Assembly: GCA_012729535.1 (NCBI GenBank) | Contig: JAAYCY010000063.1 | Span: 1-40,000 of the forward strand | Length of the DNA: 40,000 bases | Source: Methanomicrobiales archaeon | Lineage (GTDB): Archaea > Halobacteriota > Methanomicrobia > Methanomicrobiales > Methanospirillaceae | Direction: 5' to 3' | Shown here: positions 1 to 10,467 of the stretch, piece by piece | Layout of the letters: each line of letters opens with the position of its first letter | How positions within the stretch are numbered: position 1 is the first letter of the stretch | Translations under genes and position numbers: made by a program | Notes under the pieces: generated by a model | What the model was told of the DNA's origin: nothing | Database searches by the model: none | The model's input: the letters and a program-made list of their open reading frames with translations, nothing else

Positions 1-1418
1 AGAAGAGCGGAGGAAGGGAAAAAAGTGTCTTGAAATCAAGTACATTCAGGATAAACCCTATGTCTATTATTCAACCAGTACCTACGACAGAGCAACGAAA
101 AAAACAAAGAAGATATCGAGATATATTAGGCGGCTGACTCCTGATCTTGGTCTTTTAGTAAAAGGTTCGACAAGCCCATCCCAAGATACTCATCCTCATT
201 CTACAACCCTGCCACGACCGAAATCTGTCTTTGAATATGGGAGTGCAAGACTTCTAGGCGATGAATTCATCGAGATGATCCCCGTACTCAAAGAGGCATT
301 TCCAGAACATTGGGAAGAGATAGTTGCTCTTGTATTTACTCGTTTATCTGGTTATCTTCCTCTTAAACGAGTTAAATCAACATGGGAAAGCTAGACAATG
401 TTTTGAAGATTTCTTTAGACTGCTCCCCCAAAAATCTCTCAACAACCCTAAAATCCATCGGAGATGATAAAATAGGGCAAGATATGGTGTTTAAACACTT
501 GTGGCAGGATAACCATCATCTCATCTATGACCTGTCTTTTGTGTTCTCCCGTTCAGATAACATGACATTTGCAGAATAGGGGCGGAATCATAACGAAATT
601 GCATTACCGCAGCTAAATGTTGCTCTATTTAGTGGTCTTGAAACAGGTCTCCCTGTCATGATCAGGGTGATTCCAGGATCAGGTAAAGATGTTAAAACTC
701 TTCTTCCCTCAATGGATGAGATTAAGTTAACGAATGCAATTCTCATCTTAGATACTGGTTTTGTGTCTGATGAGGTCTTGGAAGGGATCTTTGATCGTAA
801 TTGTTCAGCTGTGGTACACCTCAGCGACGAAACAGTAACTGGTATAATACCCGGGTTCATCACACTGATCGGTTTATTTACCACAAACGTCTGATTCGGG
901 GAGGAAAAAAAGAGGTTGATGGTAAAATAATCTATCTGTTTTAAGATAAAGATCTGGAACTTGAAAAGAACAAGACACTTTTTGAGCTGGTTGAGAAGGG
1001 GAATATCACACCAGAAGAAGCGAAAATACGAGAGAAAAAGGCTGGAAGAATCCTATTCGTATCAAATGTGGATAAATCTCCACAGGAGATTTATGAGTTG
1101 TACAAAACACGGGACCTGGTTGAACGGCACTTTAATACTCTGAAGAATGAAATTCAAGCAGATTTGCTGTATCTTGGAGATTGGATCGCGATATTTGGGC
1201 ATTTATTCATCGGTTTTCTCTGCCTGAATCTCTACTGCAGGCTTATGATCCTCATAAAGAGGGAGGGATTAACAGCTCAATATTCTCCAAAGGACGTTCT
1301 GTTGACGTTTTCTAAAGTAATGAGGATCACTTATGATGAGTTTGACCAAGTTACAGAAGTGCCGAAGAAGGTTCGTGAGCTCGAGAAGAAACTAAAACTT
1401 AATTTATTTTCTAATTGA
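1..1418 (+). pseudogene. Degraded DDE transposase (IS4/IS1634-like), with its 5' end outside the window
   Basis: Hand translation gives a transposase-like protein spread over several frames. Frame 2 (2-381) ends at TAG. Frame 1 (382-894) contains IYDLSFVFS, an in-frame TAG at 577-579, then GRNHNEIALPQLNVAL...PVMIRVIPGSGKDVKTL...ILILDTGFVS. After a TGA at 892-894 and a frame change, the C-terminal part runs from about 940 to 1418 (GRILFVSNVDKSPQEIYELYKTRDLVERHFNTLKNEI). This follows the D...D...YxxRxxxE layout of DDE_Tnp_1 type transposases. Confidence 0.75.
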
Positions 1419-1450
1419 TGGCATAGTTAGGGATCGAGATATTGAGTAGA
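1..1450 (+). mobile_element. Partial, inactivated insertion sequence; right boundary approximate
   Basis: Contains the broken transposase above. The left end and left inverted repeat lie outside the window, so the right terminus after the stop at 1418 cannot be fixed by IR comparison. Confidence 0.5.
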
Positions 1451-1540
1451 TCAAATTGATACATATCTCATGCAAACAGTAACGAGCACTTTATCATGAT
1501 AGATATCAATGATACACTTGCATAGGAAAGGGAATAATTC

Positions 1541-1819
1541 ATGAATTTTAACGATATTATGGTTCTCATCACGGGTTTTCTCTGCTTCATGGTAGGGATT
1601 GCACTGGTACCACTGATTAATTCATATGTCCAGACAAATGTTGGGTTTGACCTGCCTGCAGCACTTATCGGCGTTGTTGACTTAATCCTCATTCTGGCAA
1701 TTGTTTATATCCACACCGCAATAGTAACCTACAATCAAAAAAGAAAGAATAAAAGTATATCTAAAGGTATGAGCTCAATTTTTAAAAATCCTGAAGATTC
1801 AGATACAATAGAAGAATAG
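1541..1819 (+). CDS. Hypothetical small membrane protein (92 aa, two predicted TM helices, charged C-terminal tail)
   Basis: ATG start preceded by GGAAAGGGA. Two hydrophobic stretches (IMVLITGFLCFMVGIALVPLI and AALIGVVDLILILAIVYI). No family recognised. Confidence 0.4.
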   Translation: MNFNDIMVLITGFLCFMVGIALVPLINSYVQTNVGFDLPAALIGVVDLILILAIVYIHTAIVTYNQKRKNKSISKGMSSIFKNPEDSDTIEE

Positions 1820-1966
1820 GAATTTCAGATTATTCAAAGCTTCACTGACTAAGAGGAAATCCATTTTCCGAACAAAAAAAACCATCACACCAATATCTAG
1901 TATTTAATCAGAAAAATGGAATTCGAGACAAAAATACTAATTGGATTATGACTAACCTATTAAAAA

Positions 1967-2521
1967 ATGAATCCAATCATATTTTTAATTTCTTTCCTGC
2001 CTTGGATCCTATTTGGATTATTTGCAGGACATTCGCTGGTTGAACTCGAAATTGCTCTTTTGATCTCTTTGGTTGTTTCGGTTATCGTAGGATACCGGGA
2101 TATGCGGGATAAACTGATTGTACCTTGGATAACACTATCTTTCTTTGTATTCATGGTCTTTGCCCTGATAATTTTACAATGGTATAGTATCATCCCGTAT
2201 ATCGGTATAGCATCAAATACCGTTCTGACCGGAATTGCATTTGGAAGCCTGGCAATTGGCATCCCATTCACGATTCAGTATGCAAAACGGGATGTACCCC
2301 GCGAAAGGTGGGAAAATCCGGTTTTCATTAAAATTAACAAAACTCTTACTTTCTTCTGGGGTATCCTCTTCCTGCTTGGACTTGTAAAAAGTATCTGTGA
2401 ATTCTTCTATCCGGATGTATTCGGTATAGCAGGTGATGCATACATGTGGATTTCCATAGTGGCCGGAATTATTTTCACCATGAAATATCCTGATTATGCG
2501 AAAAAAAGAAATCCGACATAA
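1967..2521 (+). CDS. Hypothetical polytopic membrane protein (184 aa)
   Basis: ATG start. About 5-6 hydrophobic segments across the whole length. The antisense ORFs (1960-2271 and 2213-2530) look like shadows. No family recognised. Confidence 0.55.
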   Translation: MNPIIFLISFLPWILFGLFAGHSLVELEIALLISLVVSVIVGYRDMRDKLIVPWITLSFFVFMVFALIILQWYSIIPYIGIASNTVLTGIAFGSLAIGIPFTIQYAKRDVPRERWENPVFIKINKTLTFFWGILFLLGLVKSICEFFYPDVFGIAGDAYMWISIVAGIIFTMKYPDYAKKRNPT

Positions 2522-2858
2522 AATTATCATCAGTCCGGGTTAAAAGACCGTATACTTTCTTACCTTTTTTTGTCAGGAATTACCTGTAATTCAAATGATA
2601 GGTTTAATGAGATAGACCACATATTATACGAGAATAGTATTTCTGAGATCCGATATCTATGATAGTACATGTTAGGAGTGACCATATTTTTCCTCTCCAT
2701 CTAATTGTACCGGGGATTCTCAATAGAGATACAACACTCATTATTAACAGATACAAACGGATATTCATAAAAACAAACGGTATTTTACCGGTTTTCCGTT
2801 ATATTTGAATTTTTTTAAGAACTTAATAAATGATCTATATGTTATGGAGTTATAAGGA

Positions 2859-4157
2859 ATGATTACCGATTCAAACATCCTCATTGTTGGTAGCGGAGGG
2901 AGAGAACATGCCATAGCCAGGGCACTTGCTCGTAATCCGCAGACAAGGATCTTTGCAGCCATGAACCGCATGAATCCGGGGATAGCTGAACTGGCATATA
3001 AAGTCCTTATCACTCCGGAGACTGACGCGGAATCCATTAGAAATTTCTGTCTGCAACATAAGGTAACCTATGCCTGCATCGGCCCTGAGGCACCCCTGGA
3101 GGCTGGAGTTGTTGACACCCTGACAAAAGCAGGCATAAAATGCATGGGGCCAGCAAAAGAGGCAGCAAAGATTGAAACGGATAAAACATTCTGCAGAAAC
3201 CTTATGAAAAAACATCAGATTCCGGGTCTTCCTGAATTCTACATTTTTCATTCCGGAACAGATGCAGAATCATTCCTTCGTAAAACCACTAAAGAATTTG
3301 CAATAAAACCATCCGGACTCACTGGTGGAAAAGGTGTCAGAATTATTGGAGAACACCTTGACCATGATCAGGCATGTCAATATGTTCACGAACTAGCTGG
3401 GGATATTGTAATAGAAGAAAGACTCATAGGAGAGGAATTTACCCTTCAGGCATTCGTTGATGGAAAAACCCTTGTCCCAATGCCTCTCGTTCAGGATCAT
3501 AAACGGGCGTATGAAGGAGATTTTGGACCAAACACAGGAGGTATGGGTTCTTATACACTTCCTGACCACCGATTCCCCTTTGTTTCAGATGATGATTATA
3601 ACCAGGCATTTTCCATCATGAAAAAGACAGTAAACGCACTTGCAGCAGAAGGAACACCATATATTGGAATACTCTATGGCCAGTTCATGAACACGGCCAC
3701 TGGTCCGATGGTAATTGAATTCAACGCCCGGTTTGGTGACCCTGAAGCAATGAATGTTCTTTCACTTCTTTCAAGCGACTTTACCGCTATTGTAATGGCA
3801 ATTACTTCAGGAACACTGGAAAATGCTGAAGTAGTGTTTGCTGAAAAAGCAACCGTATGTAAGTACCTTGTTCCAGAAGGATATCCAGATGCTCCGGTTA
3901 CTGATGGAAAATTGGTTACCGGACCTGAAAACAGTGCAATCTGCTATTATGCCAGTGTTGTAAAAGAAGGAGACCATCTTATCACCCAGAGTTCACGGAC
4001 CATGGCATATGTGGGAATTGGTGATAGTCTGCAGGAAGCAGAGCGTATTGCAGAAGAGGCCGCATCTGCCGTTATTGGGCCAGTAAGGCATCGCAGGGAT
4101 ATCGGAACTCAAATGGTCCTGGAAAAAAGAGTTCAACACATGAAGGAGATCCGATGA
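2859..4157 (+). CDS. purD: Phosphoribosylamine--glycine ligase (GAR synthetase)
   Basis: 432 aa. N-terminal [17 protein letters not shown], an ATP-grasp core and the [10 protein letters not shown] motif typical of PurD. ATG preceded by GGAGTTATAAGGA. Confidence 0.95.
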   Translation: MITDSNILIVGSGGREHAIARALARNPQTRIFAAMNRMNPGIAELAYKVLITPETDAESIRNFCLQHKVTYACIGPEAPLEAGVVDTLTKAGIKCMGPAKEAAKIETDKTFCRNLMKKHQIPGLPEFYIFHSGTDAESFLRKTTKEFAIKPSGLTGGKGVRIIGEHLDHDQACQYVHELAGDIVIEERLIGEEFTLQAFVDGKTLVPMPLVQDHKRAYEGDFGPNTGGMGSYTLPDHRFPFVSDDDYNQAFSIMKKTVNALAAEGTPYIGILYGQFMNTATGPMVIEFNARFGDPEAMNVLSLLSSDFTAIVMAITSGTLENAEVVFAEKATVCKYLVPEGYPDAPVTDGKLVTGPENSAICYYASVVKEGDHLITQSSRTMAYVGIGDSLQEAERIAEEAASAVIGPVRHRRDIGTQMVLEKRVQHMKEIR

Positions 4158-5062
4158 AGAAAGATTTCATATCAATTCTCGATATCTCCCGTGATGAATT
4201 GTTCACACTTATTGCCCATGCCAGGAAATTAAAAGAGGAGAGAAAAGTTGGAATCCATACTCCTGTCCTGGCTCAAAAAACCCTGGGCATGATATTTGAA
4301 AAATCCTCTACACGAACACGTATATCTTTTGAAACTGGCATGTTTGAACTGGGTGGACATGCACTGTTTCTCAATCCCAAAGACATGCAGCTTGGACGGG
4401 GAGAAGCCATATGTGACACGGCACGCGTCATGTCCAGGTTTGTATCTGCAATCATGATTCGTGCCAATAGACATGATGAAGTGGTTGAGCTCGCTGTTCA
4501 TGCAGATATTCCGGTTATCAACGGGTTATCAGACCGGGAACATCCCTGTCAGATCTTGGCTGACATCATGACCATCGAAGAATGGTTATTTCGGACCGAA
4601 GGGATAAAGGTGGCCTGGATCGGAGATGGGAACAATGTGTGTACATCACTCATTTTAAGCACCATATTGACAGGAATGGAAGTAATAGTAGCATCTCCAG
4701 AGGAATTTAGCCCGAAAAAAGAAGTTATCCAGGAAGCCCAGAAAATGGGAGCAAAAGTAAGAGTAGTTACAGATCCATTTTTTGCCGCTGAAAGTGCGGA
4801 TGTAGTTATGACTGATACCTGGATATCCATGGGTCAGGAAGAAGAAATCGACCAGAGAAGAAAAATATTCATGCCATATCAGGTAAACAGCAAAGTAATG
4901 TCATATGCAAAACCAGAAGCAATTGTGATGCACTGCCTTCCAGCACATCGTAACTGGGAAATTACCGATGAGGTCATTGACAGCAAAGCTAGTGCTGTTT
5001 GGGACCAGGCAGAAAACAGACTGCATGTCCAGAAAGCACTGCTTGTCAGATTACTGGCATAA
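4154..5062 (+). CDS. argF: Ornithine carbamoyltransferase
   Basis: 302 aa. [10 protein letters not shown] carbamoyl-phosphate motif, [17 protein letters not shown] and HCLPAHR. The SMG and HCLP motifs point to OTCase rather than ATCase. The ATG overlaps the purD stop (ATGA at 4154-4157). Confidence 0.93.
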   Translation: MKKDFISILDISRDELFTLIAHARKLKEERKVGIHTPVLAQKTLGMIFEKSSTRTRISFETGMFELGGHALFLNPKDMQLGRGEAICDTARVMSRFVSAIMIRANRHDEVVELAVHADIPVINGLSDREHPCQILADIMTIEEWLFRTEGIKVAWIGDGNNVCTSLILSTILTGMEVIVASPEEFSPKKEVIQEAQKMGAKVRVVTDPFFAAESADVVMTDTWISMGQEEEIDQRRKIFMPYQVNSKVMSYAKPEAIVMHCLPAHRNWEITDEVIDSKASAVWDQAENRLHVQKALLVRLLA

Positions 5063-5068
5063 TTTTTT
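5063..5068 (+). terminator. Oligo-T tract directly after the argF stop
   Basis: TAA at 5060-5062 is followed by TTTTTT (5063-5068). Archaeal termination commonly uses oligo-T. The tract abuts the stop codon of the convergent gene at 5068. Confidence 0.4.
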
Positions 5069-6081
5069 CAGGTAGATATTTCTCTTTTAAAAATGAGCAC
5101 CGTTGCGATAACTCCAAACACGATGTTCAGGTAAAACATTATCAGTCTCCAGAGAATAATAAAAACGCCCAAGACTGCTGTCGGAACAAAAAGTGCGTAA
5201 AGAGAAGTTGCTGATATCTCTGCAATACCTGATGCTCCGGGAGTTAACGGAAGCATACTGATTAAAGCAATTACTATCTGACTGAGTATTGATTGTGAAA
5301 CACAAGGTGGCAGCCCTAGTCCCATCAGTATAACCGATGCTACGATAAATTCTGAAAACCAGAATAATATTGAGAAGAAGGAACCCAGTGCAATTCCCTT
5401 TTTTCCATGACTCGTGAATGCAGTTATCCCTGAACAGAAATTATCAAACTCAACATCGGTACTGGCAATAATCTTGTGTATACCAGGATGTTTCATCTTT
5501 ATTTCAATCCAATGCAAAAACTGCATGATTTTTGCCTTTGCTAAGCCAGGATACTTTGCAGCCAGTATAAGTATTCCAATGAAAAGAATCAGAATACCCA
5601 GAGAAAAAAAGATAATAAAAACAATACCTTCTCCCATATCCCAGATTATTTTTCCCATTATGAACAGGGAGAAGATAGTCAGTCCGACAAGGATTACTGC
5701 ATCAAGAACCCTTTCCATGATCACAACAGCAGTTGCATCGCCAAGTGGCATATCAGCCTTGTATAGTTCGTGAATCCGGACCGGTTCACCACCCGCCTGA
5801 CCAGGAGTGATTGCTCCAATGAGGAGATTAGCAACAACCATATTGTAACAATGGCTATACTTCACATGATAGCCAAGAGAGGCTGCCATGACCTTTATCC
5901 GGGCAGCCCACAGTGAAAATGACACAAAACGTAGAAAAATTGCGAATAATAAAAACCAGATATTTATATCGGTGAGGTATAAAAGGGTGTCCTCATTAAA
6001 CGTAGATAACAGGATAAAAACGAGGATCGCCATACTGAAGGCGAGAGAAAAATAAATCCAATTTTTTTGAGTTTTATCCAT
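5068..6081 (-). CDS. Flippase-like / LPG-synthase-TM family (UPF0104, TIGR00374-type) integral membrane protein
   Basis: 337 aa and polytopic. The motif ITPGQAGGEPVRIHELYK followed by MERVLDAV matches the conserved P-x-GGE-x-R / R-x-x-D signature of this family. GGAGGG lies 7 nt upstream of the ATG. Confidence 0.7.
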   Translation of the reverse strand: MDKTQKNWIYFSLAFSMAILVFILLSTFNEDTLLYLTDINIWFLLFAIFLRFVSFSLWAARIKVMAASLGYHVKYSHCYNMVVANLLIGAITPGQAGGEPVRIHELYKADMPLGDATAVVIMERVLDAVILVGLTIFSLFIMGKIIWDMGEGIVFIIFFSLGILILFIGILILAAKYPGLAKAKIMQFLHWIEIKMKHPGIHKIIASTDVEFDNFCSGITAFTSHGKKGIALGSFFSILFWFSEFIVASVILMGLGLPPCVSQSILSQIVIALISMLPLTPGASGIAEISATSLYALFVPTAVLGVFIILWRLIMFYLNIVFGVIATVLIFKREIST

Positions 6082-6146
6082 ATTATCCCTCCATTACGGA
6101 ATTTCTTCCAGATGTTATTTTCAAAACTATATCTCTTTTCGTATCC

Positions 6147-6602
6147 TTAATCTGGAAGAAGCGAAAGCCGATCAAGAACCTCTTCGGCAGCTTTGATGCC
6201 TCCATCCAGATAGACAGCACCTGCAAATGCTTCCATACACTCAGCCAGCACCCGGCCGGATGTCCAGACATGCATTCGTACTTCTCCTTTTCCCCACCTG
6301 ACATACTGTTCAAGGTGAATAGATCGGGCTGCATCACGGAGTACCGACATATTGACAAGATCCATCTTTTTCAGGGATACTGCCCCCTTGTCATGTTCAC
6401 CGCCCTTAACCAGCCGGGTGAGGATAATGAGTTCAATGACGGCATCCCCCAGGGTTGCAAGAGCATCAAGATGGGAATCATCCGAGAGACCCTGCTCCTT
6501 ACTATAGGCAAGCCTTGTTAGTGCCCTGATCAGGAGGGATTTGTCCCTGAAGGTATATTCCGTAACCCGTTCCAGTTGTTCGGGTAATAAAACGGCAGTC
6601 AT
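6147..6602 (-). CDS. RNase III catalytic-domain protein without a dsRNA-binding domain (151 aa)
   Basis: Aligns by eye with bacterial RNase III: YTFRDKSLLIRALT (compare YxFxxxxLLxxALTH), HLDALATLGDAVIEL (compare NERLEFLGDAVL), GKGE, and LAECMEAFAGAVYLDGG (compare ILADAFEALIGAIYLDGG). The protein ends about 15 aa after the catalytic domain. The ATG lies 3 nt after the stop of the upstream nfnB-like gene. Confidence 0.75.
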   Translation of the reverse strand: MTAVLLPEQLERVTEYTFRDKSLLIRALTRLAYSKEQGLSDDSHLDALATLGDAVIELIILTRLVKGGEHDKGAVSLKKMDLVNMSVLRDAARSIHLEQYVRWGKGEVRMHVWTSGRVLAECMEAFAGAVYLDGGIKAAEEVLDRLSLLPD

Positions 6603-6605
6603 CAG

Positions 6606-7949
6606 TTACCGGTTTGCAAGCATCTTACTGATTGAGCGTGCAGCCTGTTTTGCTCCACCCATCGCCATGATGACCGTTGCCGCTCCGGTTGTTACATCAC
6701 CGGCTGCAAAGATCTTCTGGTGGGAGGTACCGCCATCTTCCCCGGTGACCACATTTCCTGCCCTGCCTTTATCAAGACCTGGAATCTGGCTGACAAGGAC
6801 CGGGTTCGGGCCCTGACCGATCGCCTGAATGACCACATCACAGTCAAGGGTAAAGATGTCATTATCAATCGGTTCAGGGATAGGCCTGCCGCTTTCATCA
6901 AGGTTGCACATCTGCATCCGGATACATTCAATACCTGTCACCGCTTGTTCACCAAGGATACGAACCGGATTTGCACAGGTGATGAACTCAATACCCTCTT
7001 GTTGTGCATGGTGGACCTCGGCTGCTCGGGCCGGAAGATCCTCTTCACGTCTCCGGTATACAAGGGTTACTTTGGCACCCATCCGTCGTGCAGTACGGGC
7101 TGCATCCATAGCCACATTTCCGCCACCGACAACAACAACCCGGCTCATCCTGGCAACGGGGGTATCAAACTCCGGGAACCGCTCGGCATGCATGAGATTA
7201 ACCCGGGTCAAAAACTCGTTTGCAGAATATACTCCGCTCAGGTTCTCGCCAGGAATTCCCATAAAGTACGGAAGACCTGCACCAGTCCCAAGAAGTATAG
7301 CATCATACTCTTTCAGTTCTTCATAAGAGACCGTTCTTCCGACCAGATGATTCAGGCGAAGGTCAACTCCCATTGCAAGAATGAGATCAATCTCTGCCCG
7401 GACCACATCTTTGGGCAGACGGAACGAGGGAATGCCATAGGTCAGAACACCACCGGGTGCATGGAGTGATTCATACAGGACAACATCATGACCCTCCTTT
7501 GCAAGTTCTCCGGCTGCAACAATACCAGCCGGACCTGAACCAATGACAGCAATCCGCTTTCCAGTTGCGGTTTTTCTTGCCGGGACAGTAAGGCCCTTTG
7601 CCCGTTCCTGGTCAGCAGCAAACCTCTCTAGCTGACCAATCCGGATAGGGGTCTCTTTCTTGCCAAGAATACATAAGGCCTCACACTGGGTCTCCTGTGG
7701 ACAGACACGCCCGCAGATTGCCGGAAGAAGATTCTGTTGCCTGATACTCTCTGCTGCAGATAAGAACTCTCCCTTCGCGATAAGGGCGACAAAAGCGGGA
7801 ATGTCAATGTTTACCGGACAGCCGTCAACACATGCGGGTTTTTTACACTGGAGACATCGGCCTGCTTCTTCTACTGCCTCTTTAGGGGAGAGTCCATTGT
7901 CAACTTCTCCAAAGTCCTTCAGACGAACAGCAACGTTTCTATCTCCCAT
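6606..7949 (-). CDS. nfnB: GltD-like NADPH oxidoreductase large subunit (NfnB/SudA type; glutamate synthase small-chain family)
   Basis: 447 aa. N-terminal Fe-S Cys clusters (CLQCKKPACVDGCP and CGRVCPQETQCEALC). Two dinucleotide folds (IAVIGSGPAG and VVVVGGGNVAMD). C-terminal FAAGDV motif. Confidence 0.85.
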   Translation of the reverse strand: MGDRNVAVRLKDFGEVDNGLSPKEAVEEAGRCLQCKKPACVDGCPVNIDIPAFVALIAKGEFLSAAESIRQQNLLPAICGRVCPQETQCEALCILGKKETPIRIGQLERFAADQERAKGLTVPARKTATGKRIAVIGSGPAGIVAAGELAKEGHDVVLYESLHAPGGVLTYGIPSFRLPKDVVRAEIDLILAMGVDLRLNHLVGRTVSYEELKEYDAILLGTGAGLPYFMGIPGENLSGVYSANEFLTRVNLMHAERFPEFDTPVARMSRVVVVGGGNVAMDAARTARRMGAKVTLVYRRREEDLPARAAEVHHAQQEGIEFITCANPVRILGEQAVTGIECIRMQMCNLDESGRPIPEPIDNDIFTLDCDVVIQAIGQGPNPVLVSQIPGLDKGRAGNVVTGEDGGTSHQKIFAAGDVTTGAATVIMAMGGAKQAARSISKMLANR

Positions 7950-8789
7950 TTAATGCTGCCCTCCGCAGGTACACTGGTGTTCTTTCCATTGTGCCAGGGC
8001 TTCCTTCTCATGCTCCATGTAATACCGCTGGCGTTGCATCAGGTTGTCAAAATCAACCTGGTGGGCATCAAACTCCGGACCGTCAACACAGGCAAATTTC
8101 GTCTTTCCGTCTACAACACACCGGCAGGAGCCACACATGCCGGTTCCGTCGACCATGATGGGATTGAGAGACACAAAGGTCTTGATCCCTGGCTCACGGG
8201 TCACATTGGACGTGACTTTCATCATGATAGTCGGTCCGATGATCCAGACTGCATCAACCTTCTCTTCACCGATAACCTGTTTCAGGAGGTCGGCTGCAAA
8301 CCCGTGATGACCTTTGGAGCCGTCATCGGTTGCAATGAGAAGTGTGTCACAGATCTCTGCCATCTCATCCTCAAGGATAAGAAAGTCAGCATTTCGTGCC
8401 CCAAGAATACCAATAACACGGTTACCTGCATCTTTCAGATCCTGTGCAATAACGGGAGTCGATGCAATACCAACACCACCGCCAACCAGAACACAGGTTC
8501 CATATTTCTTTATCGCACTTGAACATCCCAGTGGTCCGGCGATATCGCTGATGGCACCACCGGCAGGAACTGCAGCAAGGGCATGCGTGGTTTTTCCAAC
8601 CGCCATAAAAATGATTCGGACCAGATCTCCGGAAATTTTTGAGATAGTCAGGGGAATCCGCTCTCCATTCTCATCAGTCCGTATGATAACAAACTGACCG
8701 GCCTTTGCATTTCGGGTTACATGGGGAGCATTTACCCATATCTCATAGACATTTTCGGATAATTTGAGAGATTTTTCGATTAAATACAC
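7950..8789 (-). CDS. nfnA: PyrK-like FAD/[2Fe-2S] oxidoreductase small subunit (NfnA/SudB type)
   Basis: 279 aa. Ferredoxin-reductase-like fold with C-terminal GMCGSCRC...ACVDGPEF cluster motif. Its stop directly abuts the nfnB-like ATG. The start is GTG at 8789, because an in-frame TGA 9 nt upstream closes the frame. Confidence 0.8.
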   Translation of the reverse strand: MYLIEKSLKLSENVYEIWVNAPHVTRNAKAGQFVIIRTDENGERIPLTISKISGDLVRIIFMAVGKTTHALAAVPAGGAISDIAGPLGCSSAIKKYGTCVLVGGGVGIASTPVIAQDLKDAGNRVIGILGARNADFLILEDEMAEICDTLLIATDDGSKGHHGFAADLLKQVIGEEKVDAVWIIGPTIMMKVTSNVTREPGIKTFVSLNPIMVDGTGMCGSCRCVVDGKTKFACVDGPEFDAHQVDFDNLMQRQRYYMEHEKEALAQWKEHQCTCGGQH

Positions 8790-8826
8790 CAGATGTCACA
8801 TCCGGAAAAATTATTCGTGCCCTTAT

Positions 8827-10467
8827 TTATTGCCCGCTTAGCTTCTTTACTTTACGCACCCGGACGGCAATGCCACGGGAGGATCGGATCATCTCATCCG
8901 CACTCATCGCTGCCCGTCCGGTTGTCATGGCCTTATCTCCGATGACCAGCACTTCATCTCCCGGACGGATGACCGGGTCAGCATCAATAACACCCGGTGC
9001 CAGGATATCACCCTGGGGGACGAAGTCATCGATATATACCCGGTACCCGGTTTCAATGAGTGACCAGCCGTCAAAGGTTGGTCTTATCAGACCATGTGCC
9101 GGATCGGTCGAGAAGAGCAGGGTTCGGCCCCTTTTTACGACCTGTTCAGGATAAGAACCCTTGACTTCAAGGTTTTGTGCTTTGAGGTCATACCCGAACT
9201 GGAATGAGATCATCCCCCTGACAAGGTGTGATTTAACCTTCCGCTCTCCGGCAAGGGCCTCGCTTAATGCCTGAAGTGATGCATGGTCAGTCAGGCGGTC
9301 ATTATCACAGGTGAATTCTATCTCAAATCCTGCCTGCTCAGCTGCATCCTGTGCAATGATTCGTGCATCGCCATCCAGGTGGGCAATGACCCGGCGGTAG
9401 GGATGTCTGGTAAAGTACCTGACAAGAGTCTGGGTAATCTGGTACCGCTCCTCATGGTCCCAGTACCCGGTGACCGGCACATCATACGCCGCTGCAGGAT
9501 AACAGAGCTCGATATCACGGGGAACAAGACCCAGGGGAGAGGTCATGATAAGCTCATGAGCCCGCCTTGCAATAGCCTGGCCGAACTTACGGTGAGACTG
9601 GGAAAGAGTGTAGGGCTTTTTTGCAGAGCAGGGAATAAGAACTGCAACATCTGTAATTGGCGGAATATATCGATCAACCAGCCGGTCGGCAAACCGTCTG
9701 ACCTCAATCCGATGAATACTGTCCCCAGATGTAGCAAGGAACGGACCTGTGCGGGATACCGGACTATTTTGCTCGATCCGGTCTGACTTCTCAATATGCC
9801 GCATGATCGAAACAAACTCGGGTTTAGTCCTGCATCTGCCATCAAGAAACTCACGAAATGTCCCGTCACGAATCCGGCGTCCTACCCGTGCCAGTTCCTG
9901 GTCCAGTGCGATTCGGTTATGCAAAAGGAGATCTCCACTCAGGCATCCCTGGCATGAACAGAGGCCTTCATCCATCACTTTTTCCGGATACTGCCCGTCA
10001 GAGAGACAGAATTTTCCTTGTGTCGTCGAAAGGTCGGTTGCGATATAATCAAAGAGATCAAAACCGGCATGAACAAGAATGGCCGCATTTTCAGGCAGTG
10101 CTACACCGGGGAGATACCAACAGGTGTCCGGAGGTGTGGAAGCCTTCAATTGATCTAAAAACTGACAGAAGTCACGGGGACGGGAGAGCAGGGTATGCCA
10201 GTTCGGAGTGATAACCGTATCTCCTGACTGGATATCAACGGGTGCATGAATATGGAGTGGGATAGGTTGTTCTCCGTCGCGGACAAGGAATCGGGAAACA
10301 AATGCCGGATCTTCGATTGGCGGGATGTTCATTCCACTCCGGGTGTTTAGAGCAGGAAAGAGCCGGGTCGTATCAGTCGCAGATGGGAAAAGAAGAACAG
10401 TATCGTCCACGGTCAGGCGGCCATACCGGGCGGTCCCGTCACGGCTGATAATCTCAACTCCCTTCAT
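8827..10467 (-). CDS. arcS: Archaeosine synthase (ArcS / TgtA2), with a C-terminal PUA domain
   Basis: 546 aa. [16 protein letters not shown] (ArcS/DUF5591 signature) and a C-terminal PUA-like segment ([27 protein letters not shown]). Overlaps the 3' end of tgtA by 14 nt. Confidence 0.85.
   Translation of the reverse strand: MKGVEIISRDGTARYGRLTVDDTVLLFPSATDTTRLFPALNTRSGMNIPPIEDPAFVSRFLVRDGEQPIPLHIHAPVDIQSGDTVITPNWHTLLSRPRDFCQFLDQLKASTPPDTCWYLPGVALPENAAILVHAGFDLFDYIATDLSTTQGKFCLSDGQYPEKVMDEGLCSCQGCLSGDLLLHNRIALDQELARVGRRIRDGTFREFLDGRCRTKPEFVSIMRHIEKSDRIEQNSPVSRTGPFLATSGDSIHRIEVRRFADRLVDRYIPPITDVAVLIPCSAKKPYTLSQSHRKFGQAIARRAHELIMTSPLGLVPRDIELCYPAAAYDVPVTGYWDHEERYQITQTLVRYFTRHPYRRVIAHLDGDARIIAQDAAEQAGFEIEFTCDNDRLTDHASLQALSEALAGERKVKSHLVRGMISFQFGYDLKAQNLEVKGSYPEQVVKRGRTLLFSTDPAHGLIRPTFDGWSLIETGYRVYIDDFVPQGDILAPGVIDADPVIRPGDEVLVIGDKAMTTGRAAMSADEMIRSSRGIAVRVRKVKKLSGQ

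Noticed and set aside
577-579. The in-frame TAG in the transposase as a possible pyrrolysine codon
   Set aside because: The same gene also has frameshifts and a TGA interruption. Nothing in the window suggests Pyl machinery, and Pyl decoding is not expected in a Methanomicrobiales-like genome. A nonsense mutation in a decaying IS is the simpler explanation.
6083-6358. A 91-aa minus-strand ORF overlapping the RNase III-like gene in another frame
   Set aside because: It overlaps the better-supported 151-aa ORF, which has RNase III motifs and tight coupling to the upstream gene. The 6082-6146 stretch is better explained as the promoter/SD region of the flippase-like gene.
6720-7469. A long (249 aa) plus-strand ORF, together with 6829-7326 and 7660-7953, antisense to the gltD/nfnB-like gene
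   Set aside because: The minus-strand protein has unmistakable GltD-family motifs over its full length. The antisense translations are low-complexity (rich in R, S, T and P) with no motifs. They are typical shadow ORFs of a GC3-biased gene.
7953-8697. Plus-strand ORFs (189, 87 and 127 aa) antisense to the nfnA-like gene
   Set aside because: They are shadow ORFs. The minus-strand product has the PyrK/SudB-type 2Fe-2S motif and abuts its partner gene exactly.
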